This document shows positions 50,645 to 62,650 of a stretch of DNA of 64,000 bases, piece after piece. Location of the stretch: the NCBI RefSeq assembly GCF_963921235.1, contig NC_086097.1, positions 32,800,001 through 32,864,000 on the forward strand, written 5' to 3'. The first letter of the stretch is position 1. Each line of letters opens with the position of its first letter. Made by a program: the position numbers and the translations under genes. The notes under the pieces are model-generated. The model did not search any database. It was not told the DNA's origin and saw only the letters and a list, made by a program, of their open reading frames with translations. This stretch comes from Mobula hypostoma (Eukaryota).

Positions 50645-51228
50645 GCAAGTCACCAACAGTGAGGTCCTGGCCCACACTCAGATACCCAGCTTCTTCACCC
50701 TGCTGCAACAATGCTGTCTCCGCTGGCCGGGCCACGCACACCGCATGTCAGACAGGAGGATCCCGAAAGACCTTCTGTACAGGGAACTGGCCTCCAGCAA
50801 GAGAGACATGAAGTCACTTAATATGAACGTTGAGAGGTGGGAGGACATCCCAAGCAATCGCTCTCGCTGGAGGCTAGAACTACACAGAGGTCTAAAAAGA
50901 GAAGAGAAGCTGAAGCTTCATACATCAAAGTTGCTGGTGAACGCAGCAGGCCAAGCAGCATCTATAGGAAGAGGCGCAGTCGACGTTTCAGGCCGAGACC
51001 CTTTGTCAGGACTGGGCTGAAGCTTGCTGCTGAAGAAAAGCACACTCGCTGAGAAAACAGCACCAAGACAACACTGGAGGACAGCGCCTTCAAGTGCAGT
51101 CGCTGCAGCCGAGACTGTCACTCCCATGTGGGCCTCTACAGCCACAACAGATGCTGCTCTAGCACAGACTGAAGCAAGACTTTCCAGGCGCAGATTCATG
51201 GTCTTGTGAGACTAACGGATGCCACCAG
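50645..51228 (+). mobile_element. 5'-truncated RTE (BovB-like) 3' end
   Basis: VTNSEVLAHTQIPS..LRWPGHAHRMSDRRIPKDLLY; C-terminal FKCSRCSRDCHSHVGLYSH. Confidence 0.8.
50919..51015 (-). mobile_element. 97-bp Penelope pLTR mini-insertion consisting of a hammerhead motif plus tail
   Basis: - strand reads ccagtc-ctgacaa-agggtctcggcct-gaaacgtc-gactg...gatgctgcttggcctgctgcgttcaccagcaactttgatgtatg; 10-bp TSD gctgaagctt at 50909-50918 / 51016-51025. Confidence 0.8.
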
Positions 51229-51399
51229 TAGTTTAGGCAGATTGTGTTTGTCTATCATTGTGACTTAGATGAAGATCAGACCACATTTTATGAGTAATTA
51301 ATGCAGAAAACGAGGTAACTGCGAAGGGTTCACAAACTGTTTGCATCTGAGATGGAAAACTTTCACTGCTGCCCTAAATGCTAGTGACTAACGGGCAGT

Positions 51400-53033
51400 A
51401 AGTTATACCAGAGACACGAGGTGCATGTGGCAGGGAACCATGACATCTCATTCCCCGACAGGCTGAATGGCTTTTACGCCCATTTTGATGCTGGTGAGGA
51501 TGGCATCCCTCCCCACAGGGGAGCAGACACTTTGTCTGGCTGAAGCTGATGTCAAGACGATCCTGGCCAGGGTCAACCCACACAAAGCTGTGGGGCCTGA
51601 TAATTTCCAGGTCGGGTTCTGACAAACCGTGTAGCCCAGCTGAGGAGCTGACAGATATATTCAACATCTCTCTAGAACAATCCATTGTCCTCTTGGTTTT
51701 CAAGGCAGCAACCATCATCCTAGTGCCAAAGGTGGCACCTCCTGCCTAAATGACCATTGGTCCTGCGCCATTAACATCAACCATTATGAAATGCTTTGAG
51801 TCATGGAGCACATTAAAGCCTTTCTCCCTGCTACATTGGACCTTTTCCAGTTTGCTTGTCACTTAAATTGATCCACTGACAATACCATAAACTCTGCCTT
51901 CCACTCTGTTTTGACCCACCTGGAAAATGGGTCTCACGTGCCAGGTTGCTGTTTATAGACTTCATCATACCCCAGAAACTGGTGGGGAAACAGTCTTTGC
52001 TGAGTCTCAACTCCTCCCCCTGTAATTGGATCCTGTGTTTCTTAACAGAAAGTCCACAGTCAGTCTGTGTGGGCAGCAACGTCTCTCGTCCCATTACGTC
52101 GAGGCACCGGTGCTCTCCAGGGCTGTGTGCTCAGTCCGCTGCTGCTTACACATGGCTGCGTCACATGATTCAGCTGAAACTGTGCCATCAAGTTTGCGAA
52201 TGACGCAAGTGATCGGTCTCATCAACAATGGTGAGGCGGAGTACAGAGAGGAAGTGGAGTAGCTGGTGTGAGAACGACAACCCAAGGCTGTACGTGGAGA
52301 CGACCAAGAAAATGACTGTGGACTTTCGGAAGGTGCAGATGAACCATCCCCCATGTATACATGGTGTCTCCATAGAGAGAGTTAAGTACACCAAGTTCCT
52401 GGGAGGTCACACCATGGTTAATTTCACCTTCCTGAATAAGGCGGTGCAGGAGACTGAGGCAAGCAAGACTTCCCCCACACTCACCCCATCTTAGCTGAAC
52501 TGAGAGCACCACTGAGAGCATCCAGACGAGCTGCATCTCCATCTGGTGGGACAGTAGTCGAGCATCAGACCAGAAGTCCCTACAAAGGACTATGAGAATG
52601 TCTGAGAGGATCACAGGAGTCTCCCTACCATACATCAGGGACATCTATGAGCGCTGCATACACAGGGCCTTGAAGGATCCCACCCATCCATCCAGCATCC
52701 TCCGAAATTCTACCACCAGGCAGGAGACTCCAATGCATAAAGACAGGAACGGTCAGGATGGGAAACAACTTCTTCCCTCAAGCCATTAGGCTTCTAAACT
52801 TCTTGCCACATCGCATTCAAAGTGCCACTAGATAATTTGTACTGTACCCTACAACATTTAATTTATTCACTGTTTATCTATGCATAATTAATTTGTAAAT
52901 TTAGTTTTCCTTTCCTAAGTTATGGTGTGTTATGTCTACTACTGTGCTTTACACCTTGGTCCAGAGAAACATCGTCTCCTTTGGCGGTATACATCTGTAT
53001 AGTTAAATGACAATAAGCTTGACTTGATTTGAC
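51400..53033 (+). mobile_element. Rex1/Babar LINE (RT to 3' tail), same family as 1790-3480
   Basis: [63 protein letters not shown]; tail aataagcttgacttgatttgact. Confidence 0.82.
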
Positions 53034-53034
53034 T

Positions 53035-54600
53035 GTACACTTCTGTCCCCCATCAAGGCCTCAAACCTTGTCACTCTCCCACCCCCAAATAAAAAAAAAC
53101 AACCAGTTCCCCTCCACCACCACCCTCCGCCATCTGGCAGACCTGGTCTTCACCATCAATAATTTTTCCCTCAGCACCTTCTACTTTCTCCAGTCTTGAG
53201 GGGTTGCCTTGGGCACCAGAATGGTCCCCAGTTATGTCTGCCTCTTTGATGGCTACGTAGAACAGTCCATGTTCCAAGTCTTCCCCAGTAATGCTCCCCA
53301 GTTCTTCCTCCGCTGCACTGCTTCGTGCACCCATGCTGAGCTTGTCAATTTCATCAATTTTGCTTCTAACTTGCACCCTGCCCTTAAATTTACTTTGGCC
53401 ATTTCTGGCACCTCCCTCCTCGTTTTCATCTCTGGAGACAAACTATCAGCTGACATCTTTATAAACCTACTGATTCCCATGGCTATCTTGACTATACTTC
53501 ATACCACCCAATCTCCTGTAAAAATCCCCTTTTCTCAGACCCTTCGGCTCTGCTGCATCTGTTCCTTGGATACAGCTTTCCTTTCCAGGACATCAAAGAT
53601 GTCCTCTTTCTTTGAGGAATAGGGTTTCTCTTCCTCCAATATCGATGCTGCTTTCACCTGCATCTTCTCCATTTCCTGTATGCCCGCGCACACCTCATCT
53701 TCTTGCTGCCGTAACAGTGACAGAGTTTCTCTTCTCCTTACCTACCCATCCTGCCTGGTGGTCCTTAACCATCAGCTTCCACATCCAACATATCATCCAC
53801 TGCAACTGTTGCCACCTCCAAAGGGATCCAACCACTAAACAACTTTATCTCCTTAGTTATGATTTCTGCAGGCTCCCTCCTTGATTCCCTTGTCCATTTG
53901 CCCCTCCTGGTACTTATCCCTGCAAGTGGCCTAAATGTCACACCTGCTCACTTACCTCCATTCAGGGCCCCGAACATTCCTTCCAAGTGAGGCCACACTT
54001 CATCTGTGAATATGCTGAGGTCATTGATGAGACCTGTTCTAAATTGAGAGACCGCTCCATTGAACGCCTCTGCTCCATCTGCCAAAAGTGGAACTTCCCA
54101 GCAGACAAACCGTTTAATAGAATTCCCATTCCGACAGGTCGGTTGATGGCCTCCTCTTGTGCCAAGATGAGGCCACCCCCAGGGTGGAGTAGCAACATCT
54201 TATACTCTCTCTGGGTAGCTCGAATCTGATAATACAAATATCGATTTCTCCTTCCAGTAAAAAAAAACACATCTCCCTCTCTCATTCTCCACTCTGACCT
54301 CTAACCCCTCTTCCTCACCTGCCTATCATCTTCCCTGCATCCCCTCCTCCTTCCCTCTCTCCTTTGGTCCACTCTCCTCTCCCATCAGATTCCTTCTCCA
54401 GCCCTTTATCTTTCCATCCAACCTGGCTTCACCCATCGCATTCTGTCTATCCTCCTACCCCTCTCCCCACCTTTTTATTCGGTGTTTTCCTCCTTTCTTT
54501 TTGGTCCTGAAGAATGGTCTCGGCACGAAACGTCGACTGTTTATTCATTTCCACGGATGCTGCCTCAGCCGTTGAGTTCCTCCAGCATCTCGTGTGTGTT
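53035..54600 (+). mobile_element. Penelope-like element (RT to pLTR)
   Basis: GVALGTRMVPSYVCLFDGYVEQ..FASNLHPALKFT; CT-rich spacer; pLTR with hammerhead motif and gatgctgcct..gagttcctccagcat tail. Confidence 0.82.
54503..54538 (+). ncRNA. Minimal type I hammerhead ribozyme motif in Penelope pLTR
   Basis: ggtc-CTGAAGA-atggtctcggcac-GAAAC-GTC-gact: conserved core boxes, stem I ggtc/gact, palindromic ACGT in place of stem III. Stem II is imperfect. Confidence 0.65.
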
Positions 54601-54835
54601 ACCTCACCATTTTTCTCTTTTTGAACTACTGATTTAATTTCATTCTTTTATACTCACATTTTTTATTGTAATTTAGTATTTTTTAAATTAAGTATTGCAC
54701 TGTATTACTGCGGCAAAACAAACAAATTTCATGACCCATGCCCAAGCTCATAACCGTGATTCTGATGAAGTGGCTTATTATTCCTCTCTATAGATGCTGC
54801 TTGACCTGAAGAGATCTTCCAGCATTTTGTGTGTT
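54600..54835 (+). mobile_element. Short LINE 3' tail and a further Penelope pLTR scrap
   Basis: ctgcggcaaaacaaacaaatttcatgac..gattctga (also at 57850-57908); tagatgctgcttgacctg..ccagcattttgtgtgtt. Confidence 0.5.
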
Positions 54836-54839
54836 ACCC

Positions 54840-56370
54840 TGAGAGGTAACTTCTGTACACAGTGGGTAGAGAGTACCGAGAATGAGCTGTCACAGGAAGT
54901 GGCCCAGGTGGATACAAGCACTGCATTTAAGAGGTGGATAGGTACATGCAGGGAAGGGGCTTGCAGTTGCCAAATGCAAGCAGCTGGGACTGGCAGGGAG
55001 GATATTGTGGTCAGCATGAACCAGATGGGCCAAAGGGCCTGTGTACACGTTGTACAACTCTACGATTCCCCCCCCCGCCCCAAAGAGGAAAGGTAATGGG
55101 ACAAAAGGAACGGTGAGCATTACCAGCAAATCTCTTGCACGTCAGTAAGCTGACCAACCTTTAGCCACACTTGGGAAGGGAGCTGCAGTAGGGGAACACG
55201 AGGAGGAACATCTTCACTTTAATGGGCAGTAACAGTGTGGAACAAGCTGCCAACAGAAGTCGTGGATGCAGGTTTGATGTCAACGTTTAAGGGAAGTTTG
55301 GATGTTTCGGGTATGAAGGGCTATGGTCTGCATGCAGGTCGATGGGACCAAACAGATTAATAGTTGAACATGGACAAGATGGGCCGAAGGGCCTGTTTCT
55401 GTGCTGCAGAGCTCTATGACTAATTACAGAATATCGAATGAAAGGGGGCTCTATTTCCCTTTAAACTGTACTCATCCCTGGAGACAAGGACAAATCTTTA
55501 CACAGATCCTCTGACATATTGGGAAACTTAATCCTTCCAGATTCCCTGGTTGCCTTACTTAGTGCATGACAACAAGAAACAAACTAATTTAGACCATAAG
55601 ACACAAGAGCAGAATTACGCCCAGAGTCTGCTCCACCATTTCATCAAGGATGATTTATTTTCCCTCCCAACCCCATTCTCCCTGTAACCTTTGATGCTCT
55701 CACTAAATCAGCGAACTATCAACATCTGCTTTAAATATACCCAAATTAAATATAAATTTCTCAAAAGAAATGCAGCGCAGTTTCTCAAGTTAAATTGGGA
55801 TTGGGAATAAAGATGTCTTCTGAAATATTGCCTGTAATATGGACAGTCATGGGAGTAAGATTGCAGGCAGTGAGGTCACCTCATTGTGCAAGTACTGGTA
55901 CCTGTCCACCCATGACAGGCTCGGCGGGGCAATGCGAATTTCAGGCATCCGTCTTGTTTCAATGCTGATTTAAACACAGGAATAATGTGTTGTACACAAA
56001 CATAGTTTGTGTGGGCACCCACCAGTGGCTATAGTTCAAACGTCCCCCTGCAAACCAGGGGACATAACTTTGAAGTGATTGGAGCATGTATAGGTGGAAA
56101 ATGTCAGAGGTAGGTGTTTCTTTTTAAAAAAAGAGGGAGTGATGGGTGCATGGAACCCACTCCCGTGGGTTGTGGTAGAGGCAGATACATTAGGGACATT
56201 TAAGAAACTCTTAGATAGGCACATGGATCATAGATAAATGGAGGGCCGTGTGGTAGTAGAGGGCAAGGTCAACCTTAAAGGGTAAGGTCATTAAAGGGTC
56301 TTTACATTAAAAGGTCAGCACAACACTGTGGGCCAAAGGCCCTGTACTGTGCTGCAGTGTTTTATGTAAG
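54840..56370. mobile_element. Cluster of CR1 3'-end fragments (+ at 54840-55045, 55190-55420, 56060-56370; - at 55590-55745)
   Basis: Recurrent gtggtagaggcagatac..catttaag..gataggcacatggat..gggccgaagggcctgt..tgtgctg motif. Confidence 0.7.
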
Positions 56371-56925
56371 CTTCCTGCATTGATTCTCTAATGGATTTTC
56401 CACTGAACATTACAGCTGGATATTGACTTCAACCAAACCTTCACTGGACAGTGATCACTGAAATCAAACCTTAATTGTAATCATAGCATACCGACAATGC
56501 CCCAATTCCAATCAGCTAAAGCAGTGTACGAGTTCGGGACCTTCCTAGCCTGTGTAAGACTCAGCATTCCCTGGACCTGCTGGAGAGGCTACAATATCAG
56601 CACTGGCCAAGTGAGGATCTCAAATGCTCTCACAGAAATGGGATGACTTCCAACAAAAATTGTCATCCCATGACTCACACCCTTACTGAAGAGTTTCCAT
56701 CACACTGACTGTCCTTTGACTGTACAGCATTTCTCTGAAAGTTAGAAAATAAAATAAAAATCTAAAAAAGTTACAATTGATGCAATACTGTTAAATGCTA
56801 ATATGAAATACTGTACGGCATCCTTTGCTCATGTCCACTGAAGTTCCGTGCACACAAGGTGCCTTCCACGAGATGGTGGAAATCACTGCAGAGTCCGGCC
56901 ACACCGGTTTCCCACAGCAGGGCGC

Positions 56926-56995
56926 TCACACACGAATCTGATAACCCACATCATTGAGGTTCTTCTGTTCTGTGGACTTTTTCTCTCCTGAAGAC
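56926..56995 (-). CDS. Putative terminal coding exon of an unidentified host gene: (R)SSGEKKSTEQKNLNDVGYQIRV*
   Basis: Strong acceptor tttttttttctctctgtttatAG|G; non-repetitive sequence; phase 2 matches the upstream exon; TGA at 56928-56926, followed by unique AT-rich UTR-like sequence. Confidence 0.7.
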
Positions 56996-57051
56996 CTATA
57001 AACAGAGAGAAAAAAAAAACTTGTCCATAATTCACAAAACGTTTTCCCAAA

Positions 57052-57440
57052 GCAGACCTGGGAGAACAGCTGCAGTTTCCTCCCCACATCACAGACACTA
57101 CATTGCAGCCTGACATTGTGTTGTGGTCTGACTCACTGAAGCACGCTCTTACGTTTGAGCTTACCGTGCTGTGGGAAGAACGCATGGAGGAGGCCTACGA
57201 GCGGAAAAAAGCCAAGTACGAAGACCTGAAGAACAACTGCCAAAGAGGGTGGAGAGCAAAGTGTTGGCCCGTGGAGGTCGGGTGTCGAGGCTTTGCAGGC
57301 CAGTCGCTCTGCAAAGTATACACTGCACTTGGAATCATGGGAGAGAGGAGGAGGAGAGCCATTTCTACCACCACAGATGCTGCCCGACGACTCCAGGTAA
57401 CATCACTGATGATGTGCCCCAGCTTAGCATCATGCAGATG
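57052..57440 (+). mobile_element. Hero-clade RLE domain fragment
   Basis: DLGEQLQFPPHITDTTLQPDIVLWSDSLKHALTFELTVLWEERMEEAYERKKAKY..PVEVGCRGF. Confidence 0.85.
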
Positions 57441-57474
57441 TTTCTGTAAGAACCAAACAGACTAAATACAACAG

Positions 57475-60350
57475 ATAGAACAAGGACGTTACAGCACAGT
57501 ACAGGCCTTTCAGCCCACGATGTGCCCACTTTTTAACCTACCCTAGAATCAATCTAACCCTTCCCTCCTACATAGCCATCTATTTTTCTGTGATCCACGA
57601 GTTCATCTAAGTTACTTAAATGACCCGAGTGCATCTGCCTCTACCACCACCCCTGGCAGGGTGTTCCATGAATCCGCAACTCTAAGCAACTTACCTCTGA
57701 CATCGCCCTCCCCACTTATTCCTCTGATCATCTTCAATCACGCCCCTTTTTATAGCCACTTCTATTCACTGTTCTCTTTTTGCACTACTAATTTAGGATT
57801 TTACATTTCTTCTTGTAATTCATTGTAATTTCTGATCTATCGCACTGTGCTGCTGCCGCAGAACAACAAATTTCACGACACACGTCAGTGATAATAAACC
57901 CGATTCTGTCACAGCAAGGGAACAGGCACTTCAACCAAGCTGCCTAAACTGAGCTAACACCGCATTCTCGCACTGAGCCCGTATCTAAACCTTTCCTATA
58001 CGTGTACCTGTCCAAGCAAATGCCTTTTAAAAGTTGTAATTGTACCCCACCTCTGGCAGCTTGTTCCATATATCCACCACCCTCTGTAGACGAAAGTTGC
58101 CCCTCAAGGCCCCTTTAAATCTTTCCCTTCGCACTTTAAACTTATACCCTCTAGTTTTAGACTCCCCTCCCTGGGGTGGGGGGGGGGGGGTTGTGGGGAA
58201 GAGAATATGACCGTCCACTTTATCCATGTACCTCATTTTACAAACCCTTCAGCTTCTTCGCTCCCCAGAAAATTGTCCAGTCTCTCCTTGTAATTCAAGC
58301 CATCTGCTCCTGGCAACATCCTCAATCTTTTCTGCGCCCTCTCCAGCTTAATGACATCCTTCCTATAGCTGGATGACTAGAACTGTAGACAGTACTCCAA
58401 GTACCGTCTTACCAATGACTTCTACAGCTGGAACATGACGCCCCAACTTTTGAACTCAGTGTCCCGCCTGATAAGGGCCAGTGCTCTAAACTGTTGTCTC
58501 CACTCCCCTAACTACGTCACTTTCAGGGAACTAATGATTAAGTGGGGTGTAACAAATTTTGCAGATGATACACAAGTCAGAGTTATGTAAAGAGTAATAG
58601 GTTGTCGTCGGTTACAACAGGACATTAACAGATCGTAGAGCTGGGCTGAGAAGTGACAGATGGGAGTTCATTCCAGAAAAGTACACAGTGATTCATTTTG
58701 GAAGGTCAAATTTGAAGGCAGAATATAAGGTTAATGGCAGAATTTTTGGCAGTTCGGAGGAACAGAGATCTTGGGGTTCACATCTATACTCCCTCAAAGT
58801 TGCTGCACAAGCTCCTAGGGTTGGGTTGTTGAGGCATTTGGTGTGTTGGCCTTCAGAGCCAGGAGATTGAATTCAAGAGGCCCAAAACAGGCCCAAAACT
58901 ATAAAACCCTAGCTCTATAAAACCTTAGAATTCTGGTTGCCTCCTTATAGTAAGGATGTAGAAGAGTGAAGAGGAGATTTACCAGGATACAGTACTGCCT
59001 GGATTAGACAGCCAAAGTTGAACGAATGACAGCTTCTCTCTTTGAAGTAGAGGAGAAAGAGAGGTAATTTGATAGAAGAATTCAAGATGAGGAAAGGCCT
59101 ATAGCCAGAGACATCCCCTTCCCCGGCCCCGAGTGGAAATAACTAATATGAGGGGGCATAATTTTAAGGTGATTGGAGGAAAGTATAGTTTTTTTTTATA
59201 TAAACGCAGTGGTAGGTGCGTGGAATGTCCTGCCAGGCTGGTGTTCGAGGTAGATATATTAGGGACATAAACTCTTAGATGGGCACATGGATGAAACAAA
59301 AATGGAGGGCTTTATGGGAGGAAAGGTTAGATTGATATTGTAGAAAGTTAAAGGGCTGGCACAACATTGTGGGCTGAAGAGCCTGCACTGTGCTGTAATA
59401 TTCTATGTTTAAACAACTGACTCGTTTGAGCATTAAGCAACAAATTAGTTTGAAAGAATGCGAGACAGTGTCTGATTGACCTTCAGGATTGGATATCTCT
59501 GAGTAACGAATTCTCCACACTAAGAGCCACCGTTTTGAAAGCAGTCAGCACATTTGCAGCGATCAATAGAACGCCTGTCAGGGAAACAAAATACTCTTCA
59601 CAAAGTACTGTAGCTGGAGACCAGGGCACAGCCTGTGTCTGATGGCGGGTCTGGGGACGTGGCTTTTAATAGAACACTGAACAGCACAGCACAGGAACTG
59701 TCCCTTTGGCCTACCATGTCTGTGCTGTCTATGATGCTCAATTAAACTAAATCCCTTCTGCATATATCCCTCCATTTTGTGCTGTTCATGTATCCGTCTT
59801 AACGCTTCTTAAAAATTACTGTTGTTTCTGAATCCAACACTTTCCCTGGTAGTGCGCTCCAGGCTGCTCCTACTGCGTGCGAAAAAAAAACAAAAGTTGC
59901 CCCATATGTCTCCTTTAAATTCCACCCCCCCTCACCTGAAACCTATGCCCCCTAGTATCTGACATTACCACCCAGGGAAATGGGTGGTGAGAGTATGGAA
60001 TGGGCAGCCAGTTGAAGTGGCAGACAGGAGTTTGGATAAGTACATGGAGAAGAGGGGTATGGTACAGGTGCAGATTGGTGGGACAAGGGAGAAGGGACGA
60101 GATGGGCTGAAGGGCTTGTTTCTGTGTTGTAGTGCTCTAGGACTAAAATGATTCTATTTACACCTCTCAAATTTGTAAACTTCTATCATGTCTCCTCTCA
60201 CCTTCCGACACCGCAGAGGAAGCAACCCAAGTTTGTCCTTGCTTTATAGCTGAAACTTTGATCCAGCCAGCTCCCTGGCACCTGTCCACAGGCCCCCCTC
60301 CCCCCATACTCTGCGACGACCAGAACTGCACATAAAACTCCAAGTTTTTA
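57475..60350. mobile_element. Intronic CR1 fragments in both orientations (- 57475-57760, - 57960-58530, + 58545-59410, - 59670-59980, + 59980-60140, - 60160-60350)
   Basis: KFADDT, IHFGRSNLKAEYKVNG, SKTRGYKFKVRRERFKG..QRVVDIWNKLP, and CR1-type 3' ends. Confidence 0.75.
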
Positions 60351-60465
60351 CACAGTTGATGACACTGCTTGGTGGAGTATTTAAGAGCGTAGTTAATCCA
60401 GGAATGGGAAGGGGGGGGGTGGGGCTAAGACATCCCAGGTAGTTTCCCGTGTCGCAGTAACCTAC

Positions 60466-60581
60466 CGTCTCTCGCTGCGGCCATTCCTGCGATGAGGGCT
60501 TGACTGGCTGCGCTGGGGCGATGAGGTGTCCTTCTTCCTCTCACGGGTTGGAGACGAGGGCACAGTTGCCCCCTTCACAAC
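60466..60581 (-). CDS. Putative penultimate coding exon of the host gene: VVKGATVPSSPTRERKKDTSSPQRSQSSPHRRNGRSER(R)
   Basis: Acceptor ctctccttcccctgacccactgcAG|G and donor CG|GTAGGT; 116 nt; open only in phase 0; GC/CpG-rich compared with flanks. Confidence 0.72.
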
Positions 60582-61324
60582 CTGCAGTGGGTCAGGGGAA
60601 GGAGAGTGGGTCATATTTGCATGGAGAAAACTAGTTCATTTCCCGCATATATAGTATTGGGAACTAACCTGGTATCCATCCCGAACCCACCCTGCCAGCA
60701 GCTTCGTCGTCACTTGCCTAGAACGAAACACGGAGTCCAGATTGGAGCCCAAGGGCCTCCCGCAGGCCTGGACTGGAATCCAGAAAGGAGGGAGGGAAGA
60801 ACAGGGCTTGGTTTGTTGTTGCTGCTTGGTATGTTCTGTTTTGTTGAGTTCTGTGTTGTTCTGTAGAGCATGTTATGTTGGTTCCACAATTTGGTGGCAT
60901 TTGTGGGCTGCACCCTCCCTCCCCCAGCATAAATGAGCCATTTCACTGTTTCAGTGCACACGATAAATCAATCTGAATCTGATTGCACTGATGGCTCCCC
61001 AGGGAACGTGCCAAGGGAAAGGGACAACCTCACCTCTTGTGCCTCCTTCCCTCAGCACTGAACACACCACGCAGAAGGAAGTGCTTTAAACATAGGGGAA
61101 AGTTACAAAAAGCCTGGGACCATGCACTACCAGGTTCAAGGTCAGCTTCTATCCCACTGTTATCAGACTCTCTCCTACAATAAATAGGAACTCTTGATCA
61201 TCACATTCTACCTCACCATGGCCCCCATGCCCCCTACACCTTGTCTGCCTGTAGTTTCTCTATTACTGTAACACTTCATTCAGCAATTGTTTTGTGTAGA
61301 GCCACAGAGCAGAAAAGCTCAAGA

Positions 61325-61965
61325 ACACTACTTTGTCGACTCAGGCCTAGGGGGCCGGTGTCGGGCACGATGACGGACTCTCCACTTCTCCCTCTCCCTC
61401 ATCAGTGTGTTCAGATCATCTACATTAGCCACGCCGCTGTCTTCTAGGAGCGTGTTGACCATAGTCTTGGGAGGGCGCCCAGGGTTCATCCTCCCGTGCT
61501 TGGGCTCCCATATGATGACTAGGTTGGCAGGTAGCTCGGGGTGGCGTAGGCAGTGCCCCACTAGTTGCAGTCTTCTCGCCTCAATTTTAGTGGTGAGCAT
61601 CAGAAGGTTGTTATAGAGCTCGACGTTCGTCACGTGCTGTTGCCAATTCACGTCAAGAACCATCCAGAGCATTTGTGTATAGCAACCATCTAGAGACTTT
61701 GGCATCGTCTTGGTGAGTATCCACGTCTCGCATCCGTACTTGAGAATGGACTCTATGACTGCTATGAAAGTCCTCTTTTCAAGCCCTCTGGTCAGGTTCG
61801 ACTTCCAGATTTCCTTCATGTCATTCATAGCCCTCCACGCCAGCGCCTTCCGTATCTTTATGTCCTTCTCTGAACTCATCATTTTTGACCCAAGGTACTT
61901 GTGGTCAAAGACTTTCTTAACGGTATCATTCTCTATGGTCTTGAGAGTACCTTCGTCGCAGGCCC
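61325..61965 (-). mobile_element. RTE/RTE-X-like LINE 3' fragment
   Basis: KYLGS..SEKDIKIRKALAW..ESILKYGCETW..RRLQLVGHCLRHPE..WEPKHG...GRP. Confidence 0.8.
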
Positions 61966-62109
61966 TTTAATAAATCCTAACCTTTCCTATAATAGTCAAA
62001 TTCCAACAACATTGTAAATTCATCTTTCCTGTAGGTAGGATATCGATATCTTGATATGGAACGATCCATGTGGAAGGCAGGCAAACAAAAGCCCTGCACT
62101 GTGCTCAAG

Positions 62110-62650
62110 AACACAAGAACAGGAGTTGGCCATCTGATCCCTTGAGACTGCTCTATCATTCAATCATATCATGGCTGATCTAGTTGTGGACTCAGCTCCA
62201 CTTACCCGCTTTTTCCTCATAACTCTGAATTCCTCTGCTGTGCAAAAATCTACGTATTAAATATATTTCACGAGGTTGTCTCTACTGCTTCCCTGGGCAG
62301 AGAATTCCACAGATTCCTTACTCTGAGGAAAGCAATTTCTCATCTCTATCCCAAGTCTATTCCTCTTGAATCTTGAGGCTATGTCCCCTTGTTCTCATCT
62401 TACTCACCAGTGGAAACAACTTTCCTGTCTCTATGTTATCTATTCCTTTCATAATTCTGTACGTTTTTGTAAAATCCCCTCACATTCTTCTGATCTCCAG
62501 CGAGTATAGTCCCAGGTGACTCAATCTCTTCTCTTAGGCTAGCTCCCTCATCTCCGGAATCTATCTGGTGATCCTCCTCTGCCCCGACTCCGAAGCCTGT
62601 ATATCCTTCAAGTGAGGAGATCAGAACTGCACACGGTACTCCAGGTGGGG
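62110..62650 (-). mobile_element. CR1 3' fragment
   Basis: Reverse complement of a CR1 RT C-terminus and tail (aagaacacaagaacaggagttggccat..). Confidence 0.75.

Larger units (their letters stand above)
50316..51370 (+). mobile_element. Tc1 3' fragment (transposase end and right TIR), split by an RTE insertion
   Basis: [56 protein letters not shown] sequence continues at 51229-51370. Confidence 0.75.

Noticed and set aside
56883..57185. 100-aa - strand ORF as the host exon
   Set aside because: Its first half is antisense Hero sequence, and its frame is incompatible with the phase of the upstream exon.
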